53,814 nucleotides of DNA from Oscillospiraceae bacterium (GTDB lineage Bacteria > Bacillota > Clostridia > Oscillospirales > UBA929), in assembly GCA_031550755.1 (NCBI GenBank), contig JAVBOJ010000010.1:1-53814 (forward strand). Direction: 5' to 3'. The translations under genes were made by a program, and so were the position numbers. Below are positions 43,979 to 52,916 of the stretch, one piece after another. Position 1 is the stretch's first letter. Every line of letters starts with the position of its first letter. The notes under the pieces were generated by a model. That model ran no database searches. It was given only the letters and a program-made list of their open reading frames with translations, and was not told where the DNA came from.

Positions 43979-45610
43979 ATGGTTGAGAGAATTGACGGAG
44001 CCCTATTTTCACGGATGATTGTTTCGGCGGCGGCGGCCATTGAGGCCGAACGCCAAGCGGTCAACGAGCTCAATGTCTTCCCCGTGCCCGACGGCGATAC
44101 GGGCACCAATATGTCGCTGACCATAAGCGCCGCCGCCGCGGAGCTGAAAAAGTCCGCGCCGGAGGCGCTGGGTCAGGCCGCCGGATCGGCGGCGCAGGCG
44201 CTTTTGCGCGGCGCGCGCGGCAATTCGGGCGTGATTTTGTCGCTGTTGTTTCGCGGCTTTGCCCGCGTGGCCAAGGAGCTGCCCGTCATGGACGGCTTGC
44301 AGTGGGCCGAGGCCATGCGCGAGGGAGTCCAGACAGCTTACGGCGCGGTGATGAAGCCCGCCGAGGGCACCATTCTGACCGTTTCGCGGGTGTCCTCCGA
44401 GGAGGCGTACGAATTCGCGCAAAGCAATCGGTCGCCCGACGCGGTGCTCGAAACCATGCTGCAAAGCGCCCAGCGCGCGCTGGCCGAGACGGTGCATCAA
44501 AACCCTGTGCTTCAGGCCGCCGGCGTTATCGACGCGGGCGGGCGCGGCTGGGTGATTATTCTTTCCGGCATGCTGGCCGCCCTGCGCGGGCAGGATGTTG
44601 TGAGCTCCGGCGGGGAGGTTATCGATGCCCCGCGCGAAAAAGCGCAGTTCGGCAGCTTTTCCACGGAGGACATCAAATTCGCCTATTGTACCGAATTTAT
44701 TGTCACCCGCGCCAAAAAGGGCCGCGATCCGCGCCGGCTGCAAGCCTTTTTGGAGACCGCCGGAGACAGTCTGGTCATGCTGGACGACGCCGAGCTCATC
44801 AAGGTGCATATCCATACAAACCACCCCGGCAAGGTGCTGGAGGAGGCGCTGTTTTGCGGCGCGCTGACCTCCGTGAAGATCGAAAACATGAAGGAGCAGC
44901 ACTCGGAGCAGGTTGTCCGACAGGAGGAGACCCACCGCAAGGTTCCGCCGTCCAAAAAATACGGCTTTGTGGCGGTGTGCGCCGGTACCGGCGTGGAGGC
45001 GGTCTTCCGCGATCTGGGCGCCGACGAGCTGGTGTCGGGCGGGCAGACCATGAACCCCAGCACCGAGGACATCCTCCGCGCGGTGGACAAAACCCCCGCC
45101 GAGGTCGTCTTCGTCCTGCCCAACAACAAAAATATCATTCTGGCCGCCGAGCAGTGCGTTCCGCTGACCGATAAAATGGTGGTGGTCATCCCCACCAAGT
45201 CCATCCCGCAGGGGATTTCGGCGCAGCTGGCCTTTGATCCGCAGGCCGAGCTGTCCGACAACCGCGAGGCCATGGAAGCGGCGATGTCCCGCGTCAACAC
45301 CGGGCATATCACCTACGCCGCGCGCGATTCGCAGTATGACGGGCGCGATATCGCCGCCGGCGACCATATGTCCCTGCTCGACGGGGCGCTGCTGTTCCAC
45401 GATCCCGACCGCGGCTTGGCCGTGCGGGCGCTGGCGTCGCAAATGGCGCAGAAAAATCCGTCGTTTATCACGGTGTTTTACGGCGAGGGCGTCTCGTCCG
45501 AGGAGGCCGCCGCCACCGGCGCGGTCTTTGAGCAGGAATGCCCTGGCGCGGAGGTCGGCCTGATCAACGGCGGCCAGCCGGTGTATTATTATTTGGTGTC
45601 GGCCGAGTAA
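43979..45610 (+). CDS. yloV: DAK2 domain fusion protein YloV
   Basis: It contains LNVFPVPDGDTGTNM. The 543-aa size and adjacency to Asp23 are both canonical. Confidence 0.88.
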   Translation: MVERIDGALFSRMIVSAAAAIEAERQAVNELNVFPVPDGDTGTNMSLTISAAAAELKKSAPEALGQAAGSAAQALLRGARGNSGVILSLLFRGFARVAKELPVMDGLQWAEAMREGVQTAYGAVMKPAEGTILTVSRVSSEEAYEFAQSNRSPDAVLETMLQSAQRALAETVHQNPVLQAAGVIDAGGRGWVIILSGMLAALRGQDVVSSGGEVIDAPREKAQFGSFSTEDIKFAYCTEFIVTRAKKGRDPRRLQAFLETAGDSLVMLDDAELIKVHIHTNHPGKVLEEALFCGALTSVKIENMKEQHSEQVVRQEETHRKVPPSKKYGFVAVCAGTGVEAVFRDLGADELVSGGQTMNPSTEDILRAVDKTPAEVVFVLPNNKNIILAAEQCVPLTDKMVVVIPTKSIPQGISAQLAFDPQAELSDNREAMEAAMSRVNTGHITYAARDSQYDGRDIAAGDHMSLLDGALLFHDPDRGLAVRALASQMAQKNPSFITVFYGEGVSSEEAAATGAVFEQECPGAEVGLINGGQPVYYYLVSAE

Positions 45611-45626
45611 AAATAACCATATGATA

Positions 45627-45656
45627 ACGGCAGGGGGTTCCCCTGCCGTTGTTTTT
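45627..45656 (+). terminator. Intrinsic terminator after yloV
   Basis: AACGGCAGGGG-tt-CCCCTGCCGTT is followed by GTTTTTG. Confidence 0.85.
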
Positions 45657-45721
45657 GTGTTGTTATGGACGGGAGCGGGCGAGCATCATCGACGCGTGGA
45701 GCCAACGAGAGCCAATACGCC

Positions 45722-45840
45722 GGGCGAACGCAGTTCGCCCCTACAAACGATGGGGTTTGCCCCGCTCTCATCATTCTTAATTTTTAATTCTTAATTCTTA
45801 ATTGGTTCCGCGTCCCTATCTGTTATCTGTTATCTGACTT
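45722..45840. repeat. Composite intergenic element: GGGCGAACGCAGTTCGCCCCTAC hairpin, GGGG-tttg-CCCC hairpin, four TTCTTAA-type heptads, CGCGTCCCTAT box and CTGTTAT heptads
   Basis: Read directly from the sequence. It is paralogous to 33781-33871 with an extra heptad block (45774-45801). Confidence 0.85.
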
Positions 45841-45851
45841 GGAGGTGCCCC

Positions 45852-46025
45852 ATGGACTGTCCCATCCTCTCCCCCGAGGAGCTCAACGAATTGTGGCGGC
45901 GGGTCGCGCCGCGTCTGCTGGTCGAGCAGCCCGCCGAGCCGGAGTGCGCCCGCCCGGCCAAGTCCTGCCCTCTGCCGGCGCTTACTCTTCTAGCCGGGAT
46001 AATATTGCTTTTTTTAGACCGATAA
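45852..46025 (+). CDS. Candidate small membrane protein (57 aa), not in the ORF track
   Basis: GGAGG lies 6 nt before the ATG. The first ~43 codons have G/C-rich third positions like the host genes. The product MDCPILSPEELNELWRRVAPRLLVEQPAEPECARPAKSCPLPALTLLAGIILLFLDR ends in a hydrophobic segment. The ORF overlaps the convergent ABC gene end by 44 nt. Confidence 0.3.
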   Translation: MDCPILSPEELNELWRRVAPRLLVEQPAEPECARPAKSCPLPALTLLAGIILLFLDR

Positions 46026-46722
46026 ACGGCTCCGACGCGGCAAAGTCCTCCCCGCGCGGGCGCGGCGCGTCCACCGGGAAAACGTCGGTCAGCCGCGCCG
46101 GCCGCCCCGCCAGCAGACACACCCGGTCGGCCAGCAGCAGCGCCTCCTCCACATCGTGGGTGATCAGCAGCGCCGGCAGGTTTAGACGCGCCAGCTGCGC
46201 GACGAAAAAACGGCGGGTCTCGGCCCGCGTCAGCGCGTCGAGCGCCGAAAAGGGCTCGTCGAGCAGCAGCGCCCCGCCGGAGCAAAGCGACGCCCGCAGC
46301 AGCGACGCCCGCTGGCGCATCCCGCCCGAAAGCTGGGCGGGATATTTTTTTTCATGGCCGGACAGCCCGAACGGCGCAAGCTGCGCCGCCGCCTCGGCCC
46401 GCGCCTGTTTGGGGGACACGCCCCGCAGCACCAGCGGCAGCGCGACGTTGTCCAACAGGGTTTTCCACGGTAGCAGCAGGTCCTTTTGCTGCATGAAGGC
46501 GACCGCGCCGGGGCGTCCGGTGATGTCCTCGCCGCCAAGCGTCACCCTGCCGGCGTCGGGCGGGGTCAGCCCCGCCGCGATGGAAAACAGGGTGCTTTTG
46601 CCCACGCCGGAGACGCCCAGCACCGCGACAATCTCGCCCGGAGCCACCGCAAGAGATACCTCCTCCAGCAGCGGCGCACCGTCAAATGCCTTGCAAATGC
46701 CGGAAAGCACCAGCCCGCTCAT
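45982..46722 (-). CDS. ABC transporter ATP-binding protein (NitT/TauT family; ThiZ-like)
   Basis: It has Walker A GVSGVGKST, the signature LSGGMRQR and Walker B LLLDEP. Its start forms an ATGA overlap with the upstream gene. Confidence 0.88.
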   Translation of the reverse strand: MSGLVLSGICKAFDGAPLLEEVSLAVAPGEIVAVLGVSGVGKSTLFSIAAGLTPPDAGRVTLGGEDITGRPGAVAFMQQKDLLLPWKTLLDNVALPLVLRGVSPKQARAEAAAQLAPFGLSGHEKKYPAQLSGGMRQRASLLRASLCSGGALLLDEPFSALDALTRAETRRFFVAQLARLNLPALLITHDVEEALLLADRVCLLAGRPARLTDVFPVDAPRPRGEDFAASEPFIGLKKAILSRLEE

Positions 46723-47702
46723 GAGAGGTAGTCGTTGGAAAAGCCCTCGCCCGGCGCGATGGCGCGCGGCAGCAGCTCTTCGTTGTTCAGCCAATCCATA
46801 AAACCGTCCCAGCGGGTCTGGTCGATCTCGCCCCAGCGCGGTGCCTCGGCGACAAACTGTCCGGCCAGATAGCGCAGCCCCGCCACGGCCAAATCGCGGT
46901 CCGTTTCGGGCGCGGCGGCCACCAGAATATCGGCGGCCTCGTCCGGATGCGCCGCGGCGTAGGCATAGCCCCGCGCCGCCGCCTTTAAAAATTTGCGTGC
47001 CGTGTCGGGATGCTCGCGCAAAAACGCCTCGGAGGAGGCGATGACCGGCGTGTAAAAGTCCAGCGCCGGGTCAAAATCGGAAAACAGGAAAAAGTTGGTC
47101 TCCACGCCAAGCTGCTCGGCCGCCACGCCGTCCACCCCGTAATAGACCCACACCGCGTCGATGTCGGTCGCCAGCGCGGTCATCACGTCGGTCACCGTAC
47201 TCGGCACGCGGACGAGCCGGGAAAAATCGCCGCCGTCGCGCGTCATGACCGTTTCGAGGATGGCCAGCTCCACCGGCATATCCCAGGTGGCGTAGCGCCG
47301 CCCCTCCAAATCGCGCGGCGAGCGGATGTTTTTGTTTTTGGGCGACAAGATGCCCGAGGTGTTGTGCTGCAAAATCGCGGCCACGGCAACGACCGGCAGC
47401 GGCGTCTCAGCGGTGATGGCCGCCGCCAGCTCCTCTTGAAAGCTGACGCAAAACTCGGCGTGGCCGGCGGTCAATAGCGGCAGCGCGCCGCCCTCGGGCG
47501 GCTGGAGGATCTCCACCGAAAGCCCCTCGTCGGCGAAATAATTTTGACTATCGGCAATGTATATTCCAGCGTGATTTATATTTGGAATCCAGTCCAGCAC
47601 AAAGCGTACAGGGATCGCGCCCTCCGTCGGGGAGGCCGCCGGCGCGCCGCAGGCGGTCAGCAGACAGAGTGTCAGCAGCAGGAAAATCAGTCTTTGTCGC
47701 AT
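46719..47702 (-). CDS. NMT1/THI5-like ABC substrate-binding lipoprotein (ThiY-like, pyrimidine-precursor binding)
   Basis: It has the lipobox LLTAC and contains VRFVLDWIPNINHAGIYIA. Confidence 0.8.
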   Translation of the reverse strand: MRQRLIFLLLTLCLLTACGAPAASPTEGAIPVRFVLDWIPNINHAGIYIADSQNYFADEGLSVEILQPPEGGALPLLTAGHAEFCVSFQEELAAAITAETPLPVVAVAAILQHNTSGILSPKNKNIRSPRDLEGRRYATWDMPVELAILETVMTRDGGDFSRLVRVPSTVTDVMTALATDIDAVWVYYGVDGVAAEQLGVETNFFLFSDFDPALDFYTPVIASSEAFLREHPDTARKFLKAAARGYAYAAAHPDEAADILVAAAPETDRDLAVAGLRYLAGQFVAEAPRWGEIDQTRWDGFMDWLNNEELLPRAIAPGEGFSNDYLS

Positions 47703-47729
47703 ATGGAAAATTCCCCTCAATCAATCTTT

Positions 47730-48485
47730 TCAATTTGCATTGTATTTCAACGCATTCCGTCTAATTGTCTTGCATATCGCCACAAAAAACAGGCTGAGCA
47801 GGGTGACCAGCAGGATGGCGGCGAACATTTTGTCGTAGGCGTACGATTTTTTCACCCGCATCATGTAGACGCCCAGCCCCCGGTCGCCGCCCAGCCATTC
47901 GGCGATAACCGCGCCGGTCAGCGAATAGGTCACCGCCACGGTCAGGCCGGAGAAAAACGACGGCAACGCCCCCGGCCACTTGACATGCCGAAAAATCTGC
48001 CGGCGGTTTGCGCCCATGGCGCGCAGCAGCCCGGTCATATCCGGGTCGGCGGCGGCCAGCCCGTCAAACAGCGCGATGGTCAGCGGAAAAAAGCAGGTCA
48101 GCGCCACGACGGCCGCCTTGGGCGCCGTGCCGTAGCCCAGCAGGATGACCAAAACCGGTGCCAGCGCAACGGTCGGCACCGTTTGGCTGACCACCAGCAG
48201 CGGGTAGAGCGTACGGCGTGCGACGGGGAAGGCGTCCATCAAGACCGCCGTCAAAAAACCGGCGAAAAGCGCCAGCGCCAGCCCCCAAAACGCCTCCTCC
48301 AGCGTGGCCAGCGCGTGGCCCATGAGGTCGCCGAAGCCCAGCGCAAACGCCCGCCCGATCTTGAGCGGCGACGGCAGCAAAAACGACGACGCGCCCTCTC
48401 CGCCAAGGGTTTGCCACAGCACGAGGAGCACAAGGCAAAACCCCACGGGGTAGAGATTAGCCGCGATGCTTTGTGACTTTTTCAT
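47730..48485 (-). CDS. ABC transporter permease (ThiX-like)
   Basis: A 251-aa, 6-TM protein with an EAA-like loop region. A TPP riboswitch lies upstream of the operon. Confidence 0.8.
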   Translation of the reverse strand: MKKSQSIAANLYPVGFCLVLLVLWQTLGGEGASSFLLPSPLKIGRAFALGFGDLMGHALATLEEAFWGLALALFAGFLTAVLMDAFPVARRTLYPLLVVSQTVPTVALAPVLVILLGYGTAPKAAVVALTCFFPLTIALFDGLAAADPDMTGLLRAMGANRRQIFRHVKWPGALPSFFSGLTVAVTYSLTGAVIAEWLGGDRGLGVYMMRVKKSYAYDKMFAAILLVTLLSLFFVAICKTIRRNALKYNAN

Positions 48486-48753
48486 CGGTGCTCCACACCC
48501 CTTCGGGCGCGTGATTGATCTTGAGATAGGATATGACACTGGGTGCGCCCTGGGTGATACACAGCTTGACACAGCGGGTCACCAGCGCCATTAGGACATC
48601 CAAATCGCCCTCGACGGTAGTCTCAAACGGCCCGACCTCGTAGGGAAGGCCGGAGGCGGCGATCTCGGCGATGACGGCATCCACCACCCGGATGATCTCC
48701 TCCTTGCCCGACACCCCGGGCAGAACCTGCAACGCGACAGCGGCATTCGGCAT
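48457..48753 (-). CDS. MTH1187/YkoF family thiamine-binding protein
   Basis: The 98-aa product MPNAAVALQVLPG...GLPYEVGPFETTVEGDLD is the first gene after the TPP riboswitch. Confidence 0.75.
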   Translation of the reverse strand: MPNAAVALQVLPGVSGKEEIIRVVDAVIAEIAASGLPYEVGPFETTVEGDLDVLMALVTRCVKLCITQGAPSVISYLKINHAPEGVWSTDEKVTKHRG

Positions 48754-48783
48754 AAAAACTCTCTCCTTTTAGAAAAAAATAGA

Positions 48784-48819
48784 AAAAATAAATGTCCCCG
48801 CGTAAACACACGGGGACAC
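48784..48819 (-). terminator. Riboswitch expression-platform terminator
   Basis: On the minus strand GTGTCCCCGTGTGTTTACGCGGGGACAT is followed by TTATTTTTT. Confidence 0.75.
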
Positions 48820-48835
48820 GAAAAAGCGTCCATAT

Positions 48836-48925
48836 ATTCCCTACGCCGGCATGATCCGGATCAGGTCAAAGGGTCGGAAGAAGCACTTCCCTCTCAGCCC
48901 GTGGCTCGGGCTCCCCGTGTTGGGC
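48836..48925 (-). promoter_or_regulatory. TPP (THI-box) riboswitch
   Basis: The minus strand reads ACGGGGAGCCCGAGCCACGGGCTGAGAGGGAAGTGCTTCTTCCGACCCTTTGACCTGATCCGGATCATGCCGGCGTAGGGAA. It has the conserved CTGAGA, ACCCTTTGACCTGATC-GGAT-ATGCC-GCGTAGGGAA signature. Confidence 0.9.
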
Positions 48926-48928
48926 GTC

Positions 48929-48958
48929 ATTGTATCACAGGCCGGGGGGCATTGTCAA
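48929..48958 (-). promoter_or_regulatory. Promoter of the thiamine-salvage operon
   Basis: On the minus strand, TTGACA (48958..48953), an 18-bp spacer and TACAAT (48934..48929). Confidence 0.6.
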
Positions 48959-48987
48959 CCCCCGCTATGCCCCCAAGCCTCGCCTTG

Positions 48988-49893
48988 CTACGACAAAAAT
49001 CCCGTGACGTCGGACACCGAAATCCCATCGTGCAGGCAGATGTTGATGGCGTAGCCGACCACCCGCGCCATGTCGCGCACCTGCGTGTCGATCTCCTTGG
49101 GCGTGACGATCATGTCGCCGCCGTGCCCGCGTAGCAGCGCCGGATCGAGTTCGGGGAGGTTGGCCTCCTCGGCCATATCGGCGCACAGGGTCGCCACATC
49201 GACCACCGTCGGCACGCCCACCGCGATGACCGGCACGCCCAGCGTCTCGCGGTTGAGGGCGGCGCGCGCGTTGCCCACGCCGGAGCCCGGCACGATGCCG
49301 GTGTCGGCCAGCTGCACCGTCGCGCAGATGCGCGACAGCTTGCGGGAGGCCAGCGCGTCCACGATAATCAGGCAGTCGGGGCGCACCCGTTCGACCACGC
49401 CGCGCAGAATCTCGGCGGTTTCCATGCCGGTCGAGCCCAGCACGCCCGGCGTCAGCGCGGCCACCTGCCGCATATGGCCGAACAAATCGGGCAGCTTGTC
49501 CACCAAATGCCGCGTGACCATCACGTTTTCGGCGCAGATGGGGCCGACGGCGTCGGGCGTGATGTCCCGGTTGCCCAGCCCCACCACCAGCGCCGTGGCG
49601 TTCGGCGCGACGCGCAGCAGCGGCTTAAGCTCCTGCGCCACCGCGCGGACGCTGCGCTCGAACACATCCGGGTCGCCGCGCGAAAGCCCCTGCACCTCTA
49701 TGGTCACATAGGTTCCCACCGGCTTTGCGAGCTCCCGCGCGCCCTCGTCGCTTAGTATTTTCACATGGGTGACCGGGCAGCCCTCGCGGACATAGTCCCG
49801 GGCTTCCACCCCCGGCAGCGCCGTGGTTTTCGGTGCGCTCTCGGTCCAGAGCTCGTGGGCCTCCACCGCCAGGTCGGTACGTCTTGTGAGCAA
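48988..49893 (-). CDS. gpr: GPR endopeptidase (spore germination protease)
   Basis: It contains RTDLAVEAHEL, VVGLGNRDITPDAVGP and the GVPVIAVGVPTVV pattern. Confidence 0.88.
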   Translation of the reverse strand: MLTRRTDLAVEAHELWTESAPKTTALPGVEARDYVREGCPVTHVKILSDEGARELAKPVGTYVTIEVQGLSRGDPDVFERSVRAVAQELKPLLRVAPNATALVVGLGNRDITPDAVGPICAENVMVTRHLVDKLPDLFGHMRQVAALTPGVLGSTGMETAEILRGVVERVRPDCLIIVDALASRKLSRICATVQLADTGIVPGSGVGNARAALNRETLGVPVIAVGVPTVVDVATLCADMAEEANLPELDPALLRGHGGDMIVTPKEIDTQVRDMARVVGYAINICLHDGISVSDVTGFLS

Positions 49894-49946
49894 AAAAATC
49901 CCTCCTGTCAGCCATAGTCTTTGCCGACAAGAGGGAAATTACGCAG

Positions 49947-50029
49947 TGAACAGTGAACAGTGAATAGTTAACAGTTAAAGAATGAGAGGACGTTGGAAAA
50001 TCTCCCGCGTCCTCTCACTGTTCACTATG
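49947..50029. repeat. Heptad arrays flanking a terminator hairpin: TGAACAG TGAACAG TGAATAG TTAACAG TTAAAGA ... GAGAGGACG-N15-CGTCCTCTC ... ACTGTTC ACTATGC
   Basis: Read directly from the sequence. The region lies immediately downstream of the minus-strand GGDEF gene stop (50030-50032). Confidence 0.85.
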
Positions 50030-51130
50030 CTAGTGGTCCCAGCTGCACTCCACCCGATTCCGTCCATTTTGCTTGGCCAGGTAGAGCATCCGGTCGGAGC
50101 GGGCGATGTTTTCGTCCACCGGCAGCGACGGGTCGAGCTGATGCAGCCCGAAGCTCATGGTGGCGGCAATCGTGCCGCACTGGGGATCCTCCAGCGGCTT
50201 CTGCTCGATGGTCTGGCGCAAACGCTGGGCCACCTGCCACGTGGCGTCGGGCGAGATGCCGGTGAGCAGCAGCAAAAATTCCTCGCCGCCCCAACGGAAG
50301 CAATAGTCGTTGTCGCGCAGATGCCGGGTGAGGATTTCGGCGATATGCACCAGAAAACGGTCGCCGCCCTGATGCTCATACCGGTCGTTGATGACCTTAA
50401 AATGGTCAATGTCGCACATGATGAGCTGGATGGGCGTGCCGCCGTTGAGGCGGGCGCGGGTGATCTCCCGGCCGATGATGTCGTAAAAGGCGCGGCGGTT
50501 GTACAGCTTGGTGAGCTGATCCTTGTGCGCCGATTCGGTGAGGCTGTGCGCCAGTTGAATGAGGCTGTTGCTGGTTTTTTCGCGGATATATTCCACCCCG
50601 ACCGACACCACCGTAAACACCACGAACATCATGGGCAGCCCCAGCCGCAGCTCGGGCGGATAGTCCGACAGACGCCACGCGTCAAACAGCGGGGAGAACA
50701 TGGCCAGAATATTGACCAGCGTCAGCGCGAGGTAAGGAATGGCAAACCCGTTGCCCCAGAAGAAGCAGGCGCATACCGGGAACAAAAGCAGCCAGATGAG
50801 CGGAAAGTTCTCCGCCGGGCTGCGCAGCAGCAGATAATCGGAATAGATCAGCATGGCGGAGGACAGCAGGTACGCCGACCATTGGGCGCGGTCGAGCAGC
50901 AGGATGCACAGCAGCGAGGCGATCGAGGTGCCCAGCGGGAAGAGGTAGGTAAACAGATCGAGCGTTCCGCCCTGCAAGGCGCGGATGCCCATGGCGACGA
51001 CGGAGGCCGCGGCAATCAAGGCGGACAGAAACAACGTATTGCTCTTCTGGCGTTTTCCGCCGCTGTTGAGCAAATAGTCCTCATCCACCAGCTTTTCCAA
51101 AAGACGCTGCGCCCAATGTCCCACGCTCAC
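50030..51130 (-). CDS. Membrane-anchored GGDEF diguanylate cyclase; start tentative (GTG 51130)
   Basis: It contains DIDHFKVINDRYEHQGGD and RWGGEEF and has a multi-TM N-terminus. GGAAGGGGG lies 8 nt before the GTG. The longer track ORF would overlap the upstream gene. Confidence 0.8.
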   Translation of the reverse strand: MSVGHWAQRLLEKLVDEDYLLNSGGKRQKSNTLFLSALIAAASVVAMGIRALQGGTLDLFTYLFPLGTSIASLLCILLLDRAQWSAYLLSSAMLIYSDYLLLRSPAENFPLIWLLLFPVCACFFWGNGFAIPYLALTLVNILAMFSPLFDAWRLSDYPPELRLGLPMMFVVFTVVSVGVEYIREKTSNSLIQLAHSLTESAHKDQLTKLYNRRAFYDIIGREITRARLNGGTPIQLIMCDIDHFKVINDRYEHQGGDRFLVHIAEILTRHLRDNDYCFRWGGEEFLLLLTGISPDATWQVAQRLRQTIEQKPLEDPQCGTIAATMSFGLHQLDPSLPVDENIARSDRMLYLAKQNGRNRVECSWDH

Positions 51131-51227
51131 TCGCTGCGCCCCCTTCCGCCGGACGGCATAATAACAGGATATACTTTTCAGTGTACCCCATTTATGCGAA
51201 AGAGTAAAGAGCAATTTTAAAAAAACG

Positions 51228-52916
51228 TTATTTCTCCGTTTTTTCGTTGTCCCGCGCGCGGATTTCCACCCGGCGGATCTTGCCCGAGATGGTTTTGGGC
51301 AGCGCCTCGACATATTCGATGACCCGCGGGTATTTGTACGGCGCGGTGACGGTTTTGACGTGATTTTGCAGGGTTTTGGTCAGCTCGTCCGAGGCGGCGT
51401 AACCCGGCGCCAGCACGATCGTGGCCTTGACGGCAAAGCCGCGATCGGGATCGGGCACGCCGGTGACGGCACATTCCAGCACGGCGGGATGCTCCATCAG
51501 CGCCGATTCGACCTCAAACGGGCCGATGCGGTAGCCGGAGGACTTGATGACGTCGTCGGTGCGGCCGACATACCACAAAAACCCATGCTCATCGCGGTAG
51601 GCGGTGTCTCCGGTGTGGTACAGGTCTTCATGCCACACCTTGCGGGTTGTTTCCTCGTCGCGGAAATAGCCCGAAAACAGCCCGAACGGCTTGCCGCCGC
51701 CGGCCTCGTCGGTGCGAATGCAGATCTCGCCGGTGACGCCGGCAGGGCTTTCGCGCCCGTCCTCATCGCAGACAATCAGCCGGTAGCCCGGCGCGGGCAG
51801 CCCCATCGAGCCGAGATGCGGCTCGACAAACGGATAGGCCGTCAGGCAGCAGACGGTGGTTTCCGACTGGCCGAAGCCCTCGAAAATCGACAGCCCGGTC
51901 TTGCGCTTCCAGACGTTGAACACCTCGGGGTTGAGCGCCTCGCCCGCTGTGGCGCAATGGGTGAGCGCCGACAAATCGTAGTTTTGGAGCTCCTCCTTGA
52001 TCATATAGCGGTACATGGTGGGCGGCGCGCAGAAGGAGGTCACCTTGTGGGCCGCCATTTTTTCCAGCAGATCAGGCGCGGAAAATTTGTCAAAGTCATA
52101 GACAAAGACCGCCCCGCCGGCCAGCCACTGGCCGTATGCTTTTCCCCAGAGGGACTTGAGCCAGCCCGTGTCCGAGATGGTGAAGTGCAGGCCGTCCTCC
52201 GCCACCCGCTGCCAAAACACGGCGGTCAGGATGTGCCCCAGCGGGTAGGTGTGGTCATGCCACACCATTTTGGGGTAGCCGGTCGTGCCGGAGGAAAAGG
52301 CCATAAACAGCATGTCGGACGCGCGGTGGGGATCCTTCGGGCGCTCGAACACAGCCGACGCGGCCTCGACGCCGGCGTCAAAATCCAGCCAACCGGGGCG
52401 GGAGACGCCCTTGGTGACGGCGCGGACGGTCAGCGTCGGGCATTCGGGCAGCGCCTCGTCCACGGCGCGGGTGACCTCGCCATCGCCGGTGACCACCACC
52501 ATTTTGACGGACGCGGCATTGACACGGTAGACGAAATCCTTGGGCGTCAGCAGATGGGTGGCCGGGACGGCCACGGCGCCGAGCTTGTGCAGCGCCAGCA
52601 GCGCCATCCAGAACTGATAGCCCCGCTTGAGCACCAGCATGACCATATCGCCCTTGGCAATCCCTTGGGCGGCAAACCAATTGGCGGTTTTGTCCGACAG
52701 GCGGGACAGCGCGGAGAACGAAAACGTCCGGCTGGTCCCGTCGAGTCCGACCCAGACGAGGGCGGTTTTGTCGGGAGTTTCCCGGGCCTGCAAATCAAAG
52801 CAATCATAGGCAAAGTGAAAATCGGGCGGACAGGTCACCTTGTACCGCGTACGGAAATCCTCCCACGACGAAAAGTCGTTGCGGTGGGCTCCGATATATT
52901 TTTCATACAGCGCCAT
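51228..52916 (-). CDS. AMP-forming acyl-CoA synthetase (medium-chain/ACSM-like)
   Basis: It contains the AMP-binding motif FSSGTTGYPK, YHTGD and the C-terminal SGKIRR. Confidence 0.85.
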   Translation of the reverse strand: MALYEKYIGAHRNDFSSWEDFRTRYKVTCPPDFHFAYDCFDLQARETPDKTALVWVGLDGTSRTFSFSALSRLSDKTANWFAAQGIAKGDMVMLVLKRGYQFWMALLALHKLGAVAVPATHLLTPKDFVYRVNAASVKMVVVTGDGEVTRAVDEALPECPTLTVRAVTKGVSRPGWLDFDAGVEAASAVFERPKDPHRASDMLFMAFSSGTTGYPKMVWHDHTYPLGHILTAVFWQRVAEDGLHFTISDTGWLKSLWGKAYGQWLAGGAVFVYDFDKFSAPDLLEKMAAHKVTSFCAPPTMYRYMIKEELQNYDLSALTHCATAGEALNPEVFNVWKRKTGLSIFEGFGQSETTVCCLTAYPFVEPHLGSMGLPAPGYRLIVCDEDGRESPAGVTGEICIRTDEAGGGKPFGLFSGYFRDEETTRKVWHEDLYHTGDTAYRDEHGFLWYVGRTDDVIKSSGYRIGPFEVESALMEHPAVLECAVTGVPDPDRGFAVKATIVLAPGYAASDELTKTLQNHVKTVTAPYKYPRVIEYVEALPKTISGKIRRVEIRARDNEKTEK

